A stretch of DNA of 64,000 bases from Octopus sinensis (GCF_006345805.1 NC_043012.1:27094001-27158000), one strand, 5' to 3'; numbered from the stretch's first letter, positions 1 through 12,744 are shown. The notes: generated from the letters alone by a model not told the origin. Program-made: numbers and translations.

Positions 1-1461
1 TACTACGGACCGACAGGAAAGAAAGGAGTCATGGAGGAGTTGCTATGTACATCCGTGGGGACCTCACACCCCAGGTCCTTTTGTCATACTCAAACTCGGT
101 GTGTGACACACTAATTGTACACATAAGGCAACTTGATGTAGTTGTGTGTGCTACATATCGCCCTCCAGATGCCCCAAGTCATATGGGCAAGTTCGAGGAC
201 TGCCTTTTAAAAATAGAAGAAGTTCTAACCACATTAGAACAACACATAAGTGTACTTCTCATGGGAGACTTCAATCTACCGAATGTCAGATGGCCCGAGG
301 GCCTTTCTCTCCCAGGAATGACAAGATGTGAACGTGGACAGGCGAGGTCCCTCCTGAACCTCACCAACACCCTGTACATGGAGCAAGTAATACTGCAACC
401 AACCAGAGCAGGTAACCACACTGGATCTCGCTTCACAAATAATATGGATCTCATCCATAATGTGAAAGTGACACCGACACTACTCTCGGATCACAACATG
501 GTAGAGCTGACCATGTACGGGCCAAAAGAGAGCACGGACATGCAGCCTACAAGAAACCCTCAGAATCTTTCCAGCTTGAACTTCAATAAGGCAAACTGGA
601 AACAAATTGAGAAAGAGATCCTCAAACAAAACTGGCCTGAATGTCTCTCCTCGCCGGACATCGACATGATACTTCAACAATTCATGTCTGTAATGCAAGC
701 CATATGCTACAATGTGTCCCAGAGAGAAAGGCCACTGTACACAAGAACAAAATCCCCAGAGAGAGGAAAATTCTAATGAGACGGCGTACAAAAATTTCAA
801 ATCGCCTAAACAAACAAATTGAAAGCAGTGAAAAGTCCCGCCTGAAAATAAAACTGTTGGAAATTGAAAATTGTCTGCAACTTTCCCATGAGAAGGAAAG
901 CAGACAAAGAAGCCTGGGCTATAGACAACATAAAAACTAACCCCAGAGCTTTCTACAGGTATGCCAAAGAAACGGCTACAGTGCACTGTAGATAGGGCCA
1001 CTCCTTGAAAAGGATGGCACACTCACAGGAAAACCAATGAGGGTAAGTGAAATACTGAATGAACAATTCAAGAGTGTTTTCACTCCACCCCTTGGGCATT
1101 TCCAAATCAGCAATCCAACTGACTTCTTTACCACTGCAGATATAGAATCAGAGGCGGCGACGATAAGTTACATCGAGATAAAGGAAGATGATGTAATAAA
1201 GGCTATAGATGAAATGAAAATAGACTCAGCTACTGGCCCCGATGGATTCCCGGCAATCCTCCTAAAAGTATGTAAGAGAGTCTTAGCAAGACCACTGCAG
1301 TCCCTCTTTCAGAGCTTCCTTGCAGCTGGCAAACTTCCAAGGGGACTGAAGGAAGGTAAAATATGCCCTATTCATAAAGGAGGTAGCAGAGCGGAGGCAA
1401 AGAACTACAGACCTATCTCTCTGACCTCACACATCAGCAAGGTCATGGAACGAATAGTCAG
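1..1461 (+). mobile_element. CR1/L2-type LINE fragment (APE endonuclease plus start of RT), frameshifted, broken off at 1461
   Basis: ORF 45-776 has EN motifs YRPPD, MGDFNLP, LLSDHNMV; ORF 1037-1513 has ATGPDGFP and KNYRPISLTSHISKVMERIV; homology to the copies at 3723-4592 and 32916-34440 stops after cgaatagtcag. Confidence 0.9.
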
Positions 1462-1966
1462 TTATTATATTCACTGCGGTGCTTATTTTAACCATATCGT
1501 ACTTATGCGGTGATTTGGCGGGCGATTCAGACTGGCTGTGTCCATACGTGCATATGTATGTATGTACGACGCTCGTATATGTAAGTATATCGTTTGCTGT
1601 GCATATATATATCTGTATTTATGTACCCTTGATATATTCAATTGATGACGGTAAAGCTTATCTAAAGCAGAACCAGAAATCCTTGGATCTTGAATTATTC
1701 AATAATTTTTGCTTGTATTTTGTCCCTCCGCTTTACCTCATGGTGCGATATGAACATTAACGTGGTACTATAGTCAGTGTTTCAACTGCTATTTCGGCAT
1801 GTTGGTGTCTTTTAGACACCCTCATTTTTAATTGTTAAAAATTTTTTTACCTTTGTAAGGTATTTCTTTCATGCTGGCCACTTGATAATTTCGACACTTA
1901 AATATCGATATTATCCTCATATATAAATTTATATATACATATATATATATACATATATATATATAT

Positions 1967-2536
1967 ATCCTTAAATCCTTAAATCCTTAAAAATGTTTTA
2001 GCCCGAAGGCCGTGGCCATGCTGGGGCACCACCGCTGAATGACCTACACTAGTTTGTGAATCCACCTCTGATACGTGGCACTTGATCAACAAGGGAGTTC
2101 GATGCTGCTGCCCGCATCCGCGTCTCCTGTCGTGATGTAGGTTCATCTGGGACTCCCAACAAGAAGAGATCCAGTTTAGTTTTAAAGAAACCCACATCCA
2201 CACCATGTAAGTCTCTCAGGCATTTAGGGAGGATGTTAAAGAGCTGTGGTCCTCTGAAACCCAAGCTGTTGCAGTATCTGGACCTGTATTTTGATGGTGA
2301 TGTTGGAATCCTTGGTACCACGCAGCGCGCGGCCCCGTTCTGCAGTTGGAGTAACTTTGAATGCCAAAGTTTGGGACAAGACCCTCCAGGATTTTCCAGA
2401 TGTATATCACTGCATATCTCTCCCGCCTCCGCTCTAGGGAGAAGAGTTTAATACCTTCAGTCTTTCCCAGTAGCTGATATTTTGCATTGAGACGATTTTC
2501 TTTGTGTAGCTTCTCTGAATTGCTTCGAGTTCTGCT
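1967..2536 (-). mobile_element. 3' end of the same CR1/L2-type LINE family with tandem-repeat tail
   Basis: ERRRERYAVIYIWKILEGLVP and GPQLFNILP...KLDLFL...VPDEP in ORFs 2216-2557 and 2049-2321; tail (ATCCTTAA)x3 at 1967-1990. Confidence 0.85.
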
Positions 2537-2539
2537 GTT

Positions 2540-2565
2540 TGTTTTATATATATACATATATATAC

Positions 2566-2617
<52 letters not shown>

Positions 2618-2645
2618 CAAAAATGTATATGTATATGTATATATA
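2540..2645. repeat. (TA)n microsatellite
   Basis: Direct reading. Confidence 0.95.
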
Positions 2646-2855
2646 CAAAGATGTATATGACGGGAAGGTTTACGAAAATAAACAAAAGACGAAGGCAGGT
2701 GGAGTACAAACAAACAAATGTATTGGAATGGCACTCAGGAATAGAAATAGAACAAGTCTTTTACATTTCGAGCCTACGCTCTTCGACAGAAAGATACACA
2801 GAAAGGAAACAAGGAGAGAAAAAAATGCGTGTAGGAGCTAACGGTCTATCATGGC
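2645..2855 (-). repeat. Dispersed short repeat with a minimal hammerhead-like motif (probable Penelope pseudo-LTR derivative)
   Basis: Reverse-complement homolog of 4660-4850; both carry GAAGAGCGTAGGCTCGAAA. Confidence 0.6.
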
Positions 2856-2989
2856 TTTCTGACTTCAGGCAGAGGTCAGAGGTCAGACGTTAGATGCTAG
2901 AGGGATAGTAAGGGAGATAACAGGGTCAAGTGACTTCCAAAACGAAGGTGGCCCCAACACGAAGGTGCGTGTGTGTATAAGAGAGTATG

Positions 2990-3275
2990 TATGTGCGTGT
3001 GAAAGAGGGCTGGTGGTCTGGACATGTGTATGTACGTATGTGTGAGTGTGGAGATATGGGGATGGGTGTGTAAGTGGTGTGTTGGGATATGATATGTGTA
3101 TGTATGTGTAGGTGTAAAGATGTGGGTATGGGTGTGTGGGTGGTGTGTTGTGATGTGATGTGATGTGTAAAGTGGGCGGTGTGCTATGGCTGATGTGTTG
3201 TGATGTGATGTGTAATGTCGTATAGTGTAGTGTAGTGTGGTGTGATGTTGTGGGGAGGTGGGGGCGAGAGTGGGG
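2990..3275. repeat. GT-rich low-complexity tract with (GTGAT)n/(GTGTA)n units
   Basis: Direct reading. Confidence 0.85.
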
Positions 3276-3276
3276 A

Positions 3277-3722
3277 AAGCTGGCTACCCGCATGGTTCAT
3301 GGTCTCAAAAATTTGTCCTACGAAGAAAGGCTGAGGACACTCGACCTTTATTCTCTTGAAAAACGCCGCCGCCGTGGTGATGTCATTCTCGCCCACAACA
3401 TCATAAGCGGAAAGTGTAACCTCTCGAAAGAGCTGTTCTTCACTCCTGCTCCAGAGCGTTGGCTGCGGGGTCATTCCGAAAAGCTCTACCTGCGACGATT
3501 TCATCTCAATCGAAGGAGAGGAGCTTTCTCCATCCGGGTTGCGGATCCGTGAAACAAGCTGCCAGACGAGATGGTGAAGATGCCGACGACCGCTTTGTTC
3601 AAAGCCTCCCTGGACCTCAAGTGGCCTGAACTCTTTACATGAACACCACCCTGTACTTAACTCCATGTCCCCCTACATGGCCTTGCTATTTGCTTTTGAG
3701 CCAAATTAACTAACTAACTAAC
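3277..3722 (+). mobile_element. 5'-truncated CR1-type LINE 3' end with (TAAC)n tail (second family)
   Basis: ORF 3235-3552 LYSLEKRRRRGDVI...LRGHSEKL...FSIRVADP; tail taactaactaactaa ending near 3722. Confidence 0.85.
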
Positions 3723-4592
3723 CTGTGAAATTTTTGTATCATCTGCATAACTTGTGATCGTGGCTGTCTGTGTGGCTGAGGGCATGCCTGAGAGGGCCAT
3801 TATGAACAGTAGTGGTCCCAAAACAGTGCCTTGTGGAACACCGCTCACTATTTGTGTGTTATTGGAGGTGGCCCCATTGGCTACTACCACCTGACTTCTA
3901 TCCTTCAGAAAGTCATGAGGCCATTCTCCCAATTTTCCAACTATGCCAAGATCATGCAGTTTGTGACATATCATTCCATGATCGACTTTATCAAATGCCT
4001 TTCCAAAGTTGAGATATATTACTTCCACATTTGAGTGGTTGAGCAGTTGTTTCAGTACCCAGTCATAGTGTTGTAGGAGCTGAGATAGGCAGCTTCTTCC
4101 TGTTCGGAAACCATGTTGGGTGTCAGCCAGCAAGTCATTTTCTTCAAGGAAGGCGATTAGTTTTCTTCTGACTATTCGTTCCATGACCTTGCTGATGTGT
4201 GAGGTCAGAGAGATAGTTCTATAGTTCTTGGCCTCCGCTCTGCTACCTCCTTTATGAATAGGGCATATTTTACCCTCCTTCAGTTTTCTTGCAAATTTGC
4301 CAGTTGCAAGGAAGCTCTGAAAGAGGAACTGCAGTGGTCTTGCTAGGACTCTCTTACATACTTTTAGAAGAATTGCTGGGAATCCATCGGGGCCAGTAGC
4401 TAAGTTTGGGTTCATTTCATCTATAGCCCTTATTACATCATCTTCCTTTATATTGATGTAATCAATCATCGTTGCCTCTGATTTTTTAACTGTAGTGGTA
4501 AAGAAGTCAGTTGGATTGCTGACTTGAAAATGCCCTAGGGGTGGAGTGAAAATACTTTTGAATTGCTCATTTAGTATTTCACTTATCCTCAT
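3723..4592 (-). mobile_element. CR1/L2-type LINE reverse transcriptase fragment
   Basis: ORF 3714-4592: QHGFRTGRSC, KAFDKVDH, GVPQGTVLGPLLF, YADD. Confidence 0.92.
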
Positions 4593-4659
4593 TGGATATA
4601 TATATATATATATATATACAAATATATATATATATATATATACAAATATATATTTTCAC

Positions 4660-4850
4660 CATGATAAATCAGTAGCCAATACACACATTTTTTTTTCTCT
4701 CCTTGTTTCTTTCTGTATTCCTTTCTGTGGAAGAGCGTAGGCTCGAAACGTCAGACTTTTTCAATTACCGAGCGTTATACTAATACATCTGTTTGTTTTC
4801 TACATCACTTGTCTTCGTCTCTTGTTTTTTTATCATGAATTCTCCCTGTA
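4660..4850 (+). repeat. Second copy of the hammerhead-like short repeat
   Basis: CTGTGGAAGAGCGTAGGCTCGAAACGTC at 4725-4752; homologous to 2645-2855. Confidence 0.6.
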
Positions 4851-4860
4851 TGTATATCTC

Positions 4861-6356
4861 TCTATATATAAAACTGAGAATGTGTGTCTGTCTGTCTGTG
4901 TGTTTCCCTAAAACTTGAGAACTACACAACCAATTTCATTCAAATTTTACACATGCCTTACTTAGAGTCCATGTAGTTTCATGGGTGAAAAAAAATGTTC
5001 AGCTTCTTGCCTAGAGCGAGCCCATAGCAATATCATATCTTCTCCACTATTTTAGTATTACGTGTTAAAAGTGAAACAAAAACGTTTCTCTATTTTATGT
5101 CATATACTTTCACTTTGACAATAAAAATAATAATAAAAATTGAATTATATGTAGTAAGTAATAATTAAAATCAAACTAAAGTATAATATAATCGTAACAT
5201 AACAAAAGTAAAAATAGCAATTGGTATAAAATTGCATCAATGATTTGAACTTGAATAAGTGGTTTCACATGACTGGGAATAAACTAAAAATAAAATTAGC
5301 ATGCAGAAATGGAATAGTCCAGATGGAGCTGTGCTTTTACATTAGATTATCTGCTAATTAGCTAGCATTAAGTATCTATATGAAGTTTAGCTGTATGTAA
5401 TATCTGTTTTCTCGAACAGCCGCTCCTACAGAGCTATTGGTTTATTTCTTATACGTAAAGGACTAAAGCTTCAACTGCTTACTGCTTTCTGACTCATCGT
5501 AAGGTTTGTTGTTATTATTATTATCATGTTTGTTGGTTCCTCATAAAGGAAACATTGTTGTATTGCATTTGTTAAATAATTGTAAACTATAACCCTCCCC
5601 CTTTGGGAGAAGGAGCTTTGGTTATTGTTTAAAAATTGAATTGTGTCCCTGTTTGGGGAAATTGACAATATTTTCACCGTTTACACGGAAGCATTTTTGT
5701 TAGAATGCCTTCGATAGAAGAAAGTCCAAAAATGAATTTCACTGCAGTCGTCGGTGGGTGCAAACTCATTGAAATTAAAATGGAAGAAATACGGATTGAT
5801 TACCAACAAAGACGGTGAATCTAGGATAACACCACCAAACGAAATAAAACATTCAATTAAAGAAAAGACTATTGTCTATAAAGTATACAATGTAGAGAAA
5901 AAAAAGATTTGAACACATGGAGGAAAGCACCATCGGAAAGTGTCTTGGTGCGACTATGAAAGATATCTAACTAGAGGCAGTAAATTCACCACAATAGAAG
6001 CAAGGTTTGAGTCAACGGGGCGTGCAAGGGAGTACACGACTCGAACCTTGCAAAGTGGAAATATTTTATTCTTACCTTTATATCTGGGACGTAGGACATC
6101 ACAGATAAAAATTAAAAAAGTCCCCCAAGAAGTAGAGGTAGGCTGGATTGTAGCCACACTTCTATACAAGATACAATTGATCGAAATTGCAAGAGACGGG
6201 CCTACAATTCTAGTCTGTTATATATTTTGAGTATTGTTATCACTAGCGATATCAAGATATAACTTTGTATTTTATGTGTAGATGTATATATATGGATGTA
6301 CATGTAATATGTATGCACTAGCACTATGACCCGGCAACGACGGGTCATAATGCTAG
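4861..6356 (+). mobile_element. Complete non-autonomous Helitron (~1.5 kb)
   Basis: 5' TC start (TCTATATATAAAACTGAG) followed by (TGTC)n; 3' hairpin TATGACCCG/CGGGTCATA at 6325-6349, then CTAG at 6353-6356 followed by T. Confidence 0.85.
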
Positions 6357-6436
<80 letters not shown>

Positions 6437-6715
6437 CAAACATGTATATAAATGCATCTTGAAAGTGAAACTAATATATATAGAGACATAATGAAAGTAT
6501 TTGAAACTGAAACCATATAATAGTGAAAGTACAAATACAGATGTTATTGTTTTGACATGTAATATGGAAACAGCAAGAAGTTTAAAATTTTGTCGGCCCA
6601 TGACATAGCATGGACCCTAATTAAGGCATGTGTTAAATTTGAATGAAATTGGTTGTGTAGTTCTCGAGTTTTAGGGAGACAGACAGACACATTCTCAGTT
6701 TTATATATATAAAGA
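6437..6715 (-). mobile_element. Helitron 5'-end fragment, diverged relative of 4861-6356
   Basis: Reverse complement begins TCTTTATATATATAAAACTGAGAATGTG and matches roughly the first 130 bp of the element at 4861. Confidence 0.7.
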
Positions 6716-6919
6716 TGGATACACACACACACACACACACACACATATATGTATTAATACAACCAAAAAACAAGCAACAAGAATGGATCGGTAATTTAGT
6801 ACAATTGTTTCATACTATAACAATTTATTAAAGCTGCAAATATATAAATACATGAAAGTACATGAAGTTTGTTAAAAAAAAAAGGGGATCATGTATATAC
6901 CTCCTGGTTGTTGAGATTA

Positions 6920-9900
6920 TAACACCTCGTTGTAAACAATGTTCCTTGTTTTTCCTTGTGGAACATATACAAAAAGGTTTCTTTTGGTTCCTACTCTTGA
7001 GCAGTCAACATACAGTTGCCCATGCGAGAAGCAGGGCTCTTCCAAGAGAAGACCAGCTACAGAGAGGGTTTGACCCTGAAATTTGTTAATGGACATGGCA
7101 AAGCTGACACGAAGGGGGAATTGCAGTCTTCTGAATGTAAATGGAATTTCTGCTCCTGATGGAGTAAGAGGAATTCATGGAATAAAGACGTCATCACCTC
7201 TTCCACATCCAGAAAGAATGATCGCCTCGATAACGTGTGACATCATTTTCTTTATCACCAGTCGTGTTCCATTGCAAAGTCTTGGTGGTTCAAGATTGCG
7301 GAGTAGCATTACAAGAGTTCCAACTTTAAGTGCTAATATGTGTGGAGGTAGTTCAGGAGGCTCCAGTGAATTGAGAAATTCAGGAGGATAGTTCACAACT
7401 TCATTTATATCTGGAAATGTATCAACAGACTTGTAAGTGTGTATAGTGCCAGGAAGAGAATGCATTAGCTGTTGATTAATTTTGTTAACAGCGACGTTTT
7501 TTGGAGCTAATATTGCTCTTTCACACAGCCAATTGTGATCTTGGTAGTTTTGTGTGAAGTTGGGAAAGACTTTGTTTTTGAGGTCATCTACAGAATTAAC
7601 AACAGAGGAAAATGACCACACTTCCATTTGTCCTGCAGCATCGAGAGACATCTTGCCTTCACCAAGTGTCAAAATGTCCTGTGCAAACTTTGTGGACATT
7701 TTGTCGCCGTGTAGCTGAGCTCTCATGTTAGTGGTGAGACTGAGAATTGTAACATGATGCTACAGGGTAGAGGTCTTTAGGCATGCTTGGACTTCATCTG
7801 CTCTCGTGCCTTTCGGAATGACAGGAAGAGTTTGCCTGAAATCACCTGACAACAGAAGCGTTACACCTCCCATTGGAGCCTGACAGTCTCAGATGTCTTT
7901 CAGGGCTCTATCTAATGCTTCCAAAGCTCCCTTATGAACCATAGTGCACTCATCCCAGACAATTAGATGACACATTTTAAGTACTTGTCCCTGATTTGAG
8001 CTTTTGTTGATGTTGCATGAAGGCATTTCGGATGCTGCTAAATTGAGAGGGAGTTTAAAAGTTGAGTGTGCTGTCCTGCCATCGGGTAACAAAGTAGCTG
8101 CAATGCCAGAGGAGACTACAGCTACTGCAATGTCTTGATGCTGCCTAACTTCTGCAAGGAGAAGCTTTGTAATAAATGTTTTTCCTGTCCCTCCAGGAGC
8201 ATCGAGGAAGAAGATTCGTCCCTCGCGTTGGCGTACACTGTTAAGAATAGTTCTGTAGGCCTGCAGCTGGTCCGGAAGTAATTTAGGCTCATTTTCAACA
8301 ATGTACTTTGAAAGCACTTGAGTGTCGTAGGTTGTTTCATGAATGACAGCAGTGGGAAGGCTATTTGACCCTGACCTGAATGCTTGTGGCAGGCCATATG
8401 TCGACAATTCATTTCCACCCAGTTTAGCAATTCTGTCTTCAATGTCAATGAGTGTTTTGTTATAGATTTCATTGCTGATACCCTCCATGTCAGGATAGAG
8501 CAGTTGAGCTTGGCGCTGAAAGTCTTCAGCCAGGTTGTCTCTATATTTGAGCCATAGAGTGGCCGGATCACACAGTTCGCATGCCTGCAGTAATACTGCA
8601 AATAGTGCCTTGAAACTTTTAGGTTATTGTGATAAAGCAGCCTCTCCTAAAGTTGCATCCCATTGTGCACCATCTTCTAACAGACCTTGTCGATAGCAGG
8701 CTTCTCTGTATGTTGTGCAAACATGTCCATGAACGGTTTTTAGGGCCTAGAAAGACGTTGGCCCTCTGACCTCATGCAGTAGTAGACGAAAGTAGAAGCA
8801 CTCTTGTTGAGTGGGATGCACTGTGTATACTCGCCCAAGGCAAGTGTGAAACTTAATGCCAGAGTATCCATGAACGTTTTCACCTGCTTTCCGTGGGACC
8901 CACTTTTTTCCATTCCAAGTGTAGTACGATGGAATCTGAGGATACAGCAAGGTTTGAGCGAATGGATCCACTTGACAAAGCTTGAAGAATGCAGTGAGTG
9001 TGCTATCCCTTGGTTCCTCTGCCAACAGAGAATCATTAGCATCGGTAAAGAACACTCTTTGACCATTTTCCAGGTGCACTGCAAGCTGTTGAATGGCGGG
9101 GTGTCGTTGGTGAATCGGAAAGCCAAAGATGCGCCAGAAAGCCTCATTGCTACTTATGTACCATCCCACCTGATAATGCGTCACCTCACACTGGCAGTAT
9201 TCTTGTTGAAGTCCAAACATTGCAGCGTCAGAACCCTTGTTTACATATTTGCAAACGTACTTGATGGATTTAACGGAGTTGCAAAACTCAACGTTGATGT
9301 GGGCATTGAAAGTCTTTGACAGGAGTGGGCAGTATGGAACAATCCATCTATTATCAATATTGTACTGTCCGATAATTGCTGTGAAACCTATGTCTTCTGG
9401 TTTTCTGCGTCTGTATGATGGATACCCATCAGCACCTGTCTGAGTTTCTTGTAGGAACCTCCTTGGAAATCTTTTTGAACATACGTTGTTCTTCAAGCAT
9501 GGTGTGTTTATGTTGAATCCACGCCCACATGGACCATGTACCATGTTTGCTTTAACTATTTCGTATAGTTCTTTGTCTAAAGCTGGATCAGGAAGCTCTG
9601 CAGAGATTATCTTGTCGATGTCATTGGAATTGATCTTCGCTGAGAGCCAAAGCAGGATATGAGCATGTGGAAGGCCCCTTTTTTGCCACTCGATTGTATA
9701 CATGTCACATCGTATGGGCCCAAAGACTTGCCCTTTTTGTATGAGCTCCATGAGAAATATTAACTTCAGATGGAAAACTCGGGCCAGGTCATGCCTGTCT
9801 TTAGGCTTTTGACCGAAGAAGAGTTCGGCCTGAATCTCCTTCCACTGTGAAAGTTATGAATAGATCAGGCCTGCCGTAATGGCGGACAAAGGTCATTGCA

Positions 9901-10900
9901 TCCTGTGTTCTTTCATGCATGTATCGGGGACTTCCAGTGAATGTAGAAGGTAAGATGCAAAGTCTTCCTATGTTTGTTGGAGCAGCATCATTGTTGATGG
10001 CATCTCGGAGATGGATGTAGCTGTCAGATCGCAATTTTTTTTTATGTAATCTGATGAAACACAATCTCTCTGATTCCATTTTTGCGCACATATCAACTGC
10101 AAATTGATGAAACATCTCTCGAGACTGGTGGAGGTGATTACAGCAGTTGTTTCAGGTCATAAATCTGTATGAGTAGAAGTCTATGCAGGATATTGGCTTG
10201 TTGAGATGTTCATTAAGATTTTGAGGATGTTGCTGTAGTAGACCGATGTGGTAGCCATCCTCACCGTTAATAAACAGAAGTGGGTATTGGAGTGAATCGT
10301 ATGATCTGTGTGTTTCACTAATTCATTGGCGGGTGGAGTCACGTCGCCTGAGGACAATGTCTCTGGGATTGTGCTGTTCACCGTGAAGGAGTACAGCTAT
10401 TTCATTGCATGTGGGTGCATTGTAACGGCCTGCATGTTCCCTAGATGGTCTTTTCTGGGCATCAATGATAACATTAAAATTTGAAGAATCTTCCGTTTCC
10501 AAGGTATACTTGAAGCTGCACACGTAGCTGTTTTTCTGGTGCAAAATGTCTTGCAGTTGCATTATCAAGTGAAAGTTAGTACCTGTGGAAATGGAATTTC
10601 GTTCGGTGGCTTGCTCATGTAAATTACCTACAAAGTACAGTTGAAGGAATTGAGGATCTTGATTTTCAGCAGGTTCGAGTGATCCTATCCTATGGTAAAC
10701 CTGTCCCTGCACTTTGAAAGTTGGCATGTGGTAAATATCTGTTACCATCATCCATTGTCCCATAGTGAGAAGTAAGTTTTATTTCCCTGTGTTGGGAATG
10801 AAATGAGAATGAGATGTAAGGGGACAATGTTTTTGAGATTCCGGTTCGAATGTAAGGCAGGTTTGAAAGTGTTCCCAACAGTTATTAGTTGTAGAGTGTT
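6920..10900 (-). pseudogene. Helitron Rep/PIF1-helicase gene, disrupted by frameshifts and stops
   Basis: PTFKVQGQVYHRIGSL (10323-10763); GRPDLFITFT (9801-10115); EWQKRGLPHAHILLW HUH motif and KYVCKYVNKG (8747-9751); Walker A DAPGGTGKT and Walker B WDE (7889-8488); FAMSINK.QGQTL...FSHGQLYV..SR read manually near 7000-7110. Confidence 0.93.
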
Positions 10901-10959
10901 TATGCCGAATATGTACGTATGCAAGTATATATATGTATGTATGCCTGTATATATGTACA

Positions 10960-11090
10960 AAATCCACCGAGAAGGCTTTTGTTGGTCTGAGGCTACAGCA
11001 GAAGACACATGCCAAGTCACCACACAGTGGGACTGAACCCAGGACTATGTGTTTGGAACGTAGTTTGTTACCACACAGCCACACCTGCCC
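10960..11090 (-). mobile_element. Decayed tRNA-derived SINE head between the Helitron 5' segment and the RepHel gene
   Basis: Homologous to the SINE heads at 58790-58945 and 60220-60372. Confidence 0.7.
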
Positions 11091-11127
<37 letters not shown>

Positions 11128-11189
11128 CGTGCATATGTGTGTATGGGTAGATATATTATGCATGTATATGTGTGTGTATATATGTGTAC

Positions 11190-12126
11190 ATATTACATGT
11201 ACATCTATATATAGACATCTACACATAAAATACAAAGTTATATCTTGATATCGCTAGTGATAACAATACTCAAAATATATAGCAGACTGGAATTGTAGGC
11301 CCGTCTCTTGCAATTTCGATCAATTGGATCTTGTCCTCCCTCTTGTATAGAAGTGTACGGCTGCAGCGAAATTCATTTTTGAACTTTCTTCTATCGAAGG
11401 CATGTTAACAAAAATGCTTCCGTAAAGACAGTGAAAATATTGTCAATTTCCCCAAACAGGGACACAATTCAACTTTTAAACAATAACCAAAGCAAAGCCC
11501 CTTCTCCGAAAGGGGGAGGGTTATGGTTTACAATTATTTAACAAATGCAACAAAACAACGTTTCCCTGACGAGGAACCAACAAACGTGATTACAATAGTC
11601 AAACAGTAATAATAATAACAACAAACCTTTTTAATTTATCCCTATTTATGTGAAACCACTTATTCAAGTTCAAGTCATTGATGCAATTTTATACGAATTG
11701 CTAATATACACACATGCAATAAGGGTGAAAAATTGAATATTAATTTGATTAATATGAATTGAAAACCAGTGGTGTAGTATATAAGACCATAGCGGATCTT
11801 CTTCTAGCAAAATGGATGACCATTGTTAATGGTTCATCCCTGTTATATAATACTTTCACTTTAATAGTTTCAGTATTAAAGTGAAAGTGTCTGTATTACA
11901 ATTGAGAGATGTTTTTGTTTCACTTTTAACACATTATACTGAAATAGTGGAGAAGATATGATATTGCTGTGGGGTCGCCCTAGGGAAAAAGTTAAGATTT
12001 TTGCCAATGACACTCCCCGGATTTTAAGTAAGGCATGTGTAAAATTTGAATGAAATTGGTTGTGTAGTTCTCAAGTTTTAGGGAAACACACAGACAGACA
12101 CACATTCTCAGTTTTATATATATAGA
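11190..12126 (-). mobile_element. Helitron 5' segment, inverted homolog of 4861-6312
   Basis: Same TC start (12126) and (TGTC)n; high similarity to the element at 4861 but lacking about 400 bp (5752-6155) and the 3' hairpin/CTAG. Confidence 0.85.
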
Positions 12127-12344
12127 GATTTACAAAAAGACTGCATCAATTGTTGTTCATCAATGATATCTCCATTTTCTGTTTTCTTTAAATTTTGATT
12201 CTTGATAAACTCCTCTTTATCCTTATCTTTACCTATAGTTCATGAGCATAACATTTTTGCCCATGTTTAAATATAGGTAATTTACTGGTAGTATTTTAGA
12301 TACTTTTATCCCTTAGATGGTTATTTTAACCTCTAACTCAACTA

Positions 12345-12735
12345 ACTGTGTGTGTGTGTGTGTGTGACCTGTTGAGGCAAGTGAAATCAAAATCAAATTC
12401 GATGACTGGCATCCGTGCCAGTGGAACGCTAAGAGCACCATCCAAATGCGATTGTTGTCAGTGCCGCTGGACTGGCTCCTGTGCAGGTGGCTCATAAAAA
12501 ACACCATTTGAGCATGGCTATTGCCAGTACTGCCTGACTGGCCCTTGTGTTGGTGGCACGTAAAAGCACCCACTACACTCTTGGAGTGGTTGGCGTTAGG
12601 AAGGGCATCCAGCTGTAGAAACTCTGCCAGATCAAGATTGGAGCGCGGTACAGCCATCTGGTTCGTCAGTCCTCAGTCAAATTGTCCAAACCATGCTAGC
12701 ATGGAAAGCGGACATTAGACAATGATGATGATGAT
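12345..12735 (+). mobile_element. 5'-truncated RTE-LINE 3' UTR copy (SINE-like) with (GAT)n tail
   Basis: Matches 40740-41237: GGAGTGGTTGGCGTTAGGAAGGGCATCCAGCTGTAGAAAC...GCTAGCATGGAAAGCGGAC. Confidence 0.85.
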
Positions 12736-12744
12736 ATATATATA

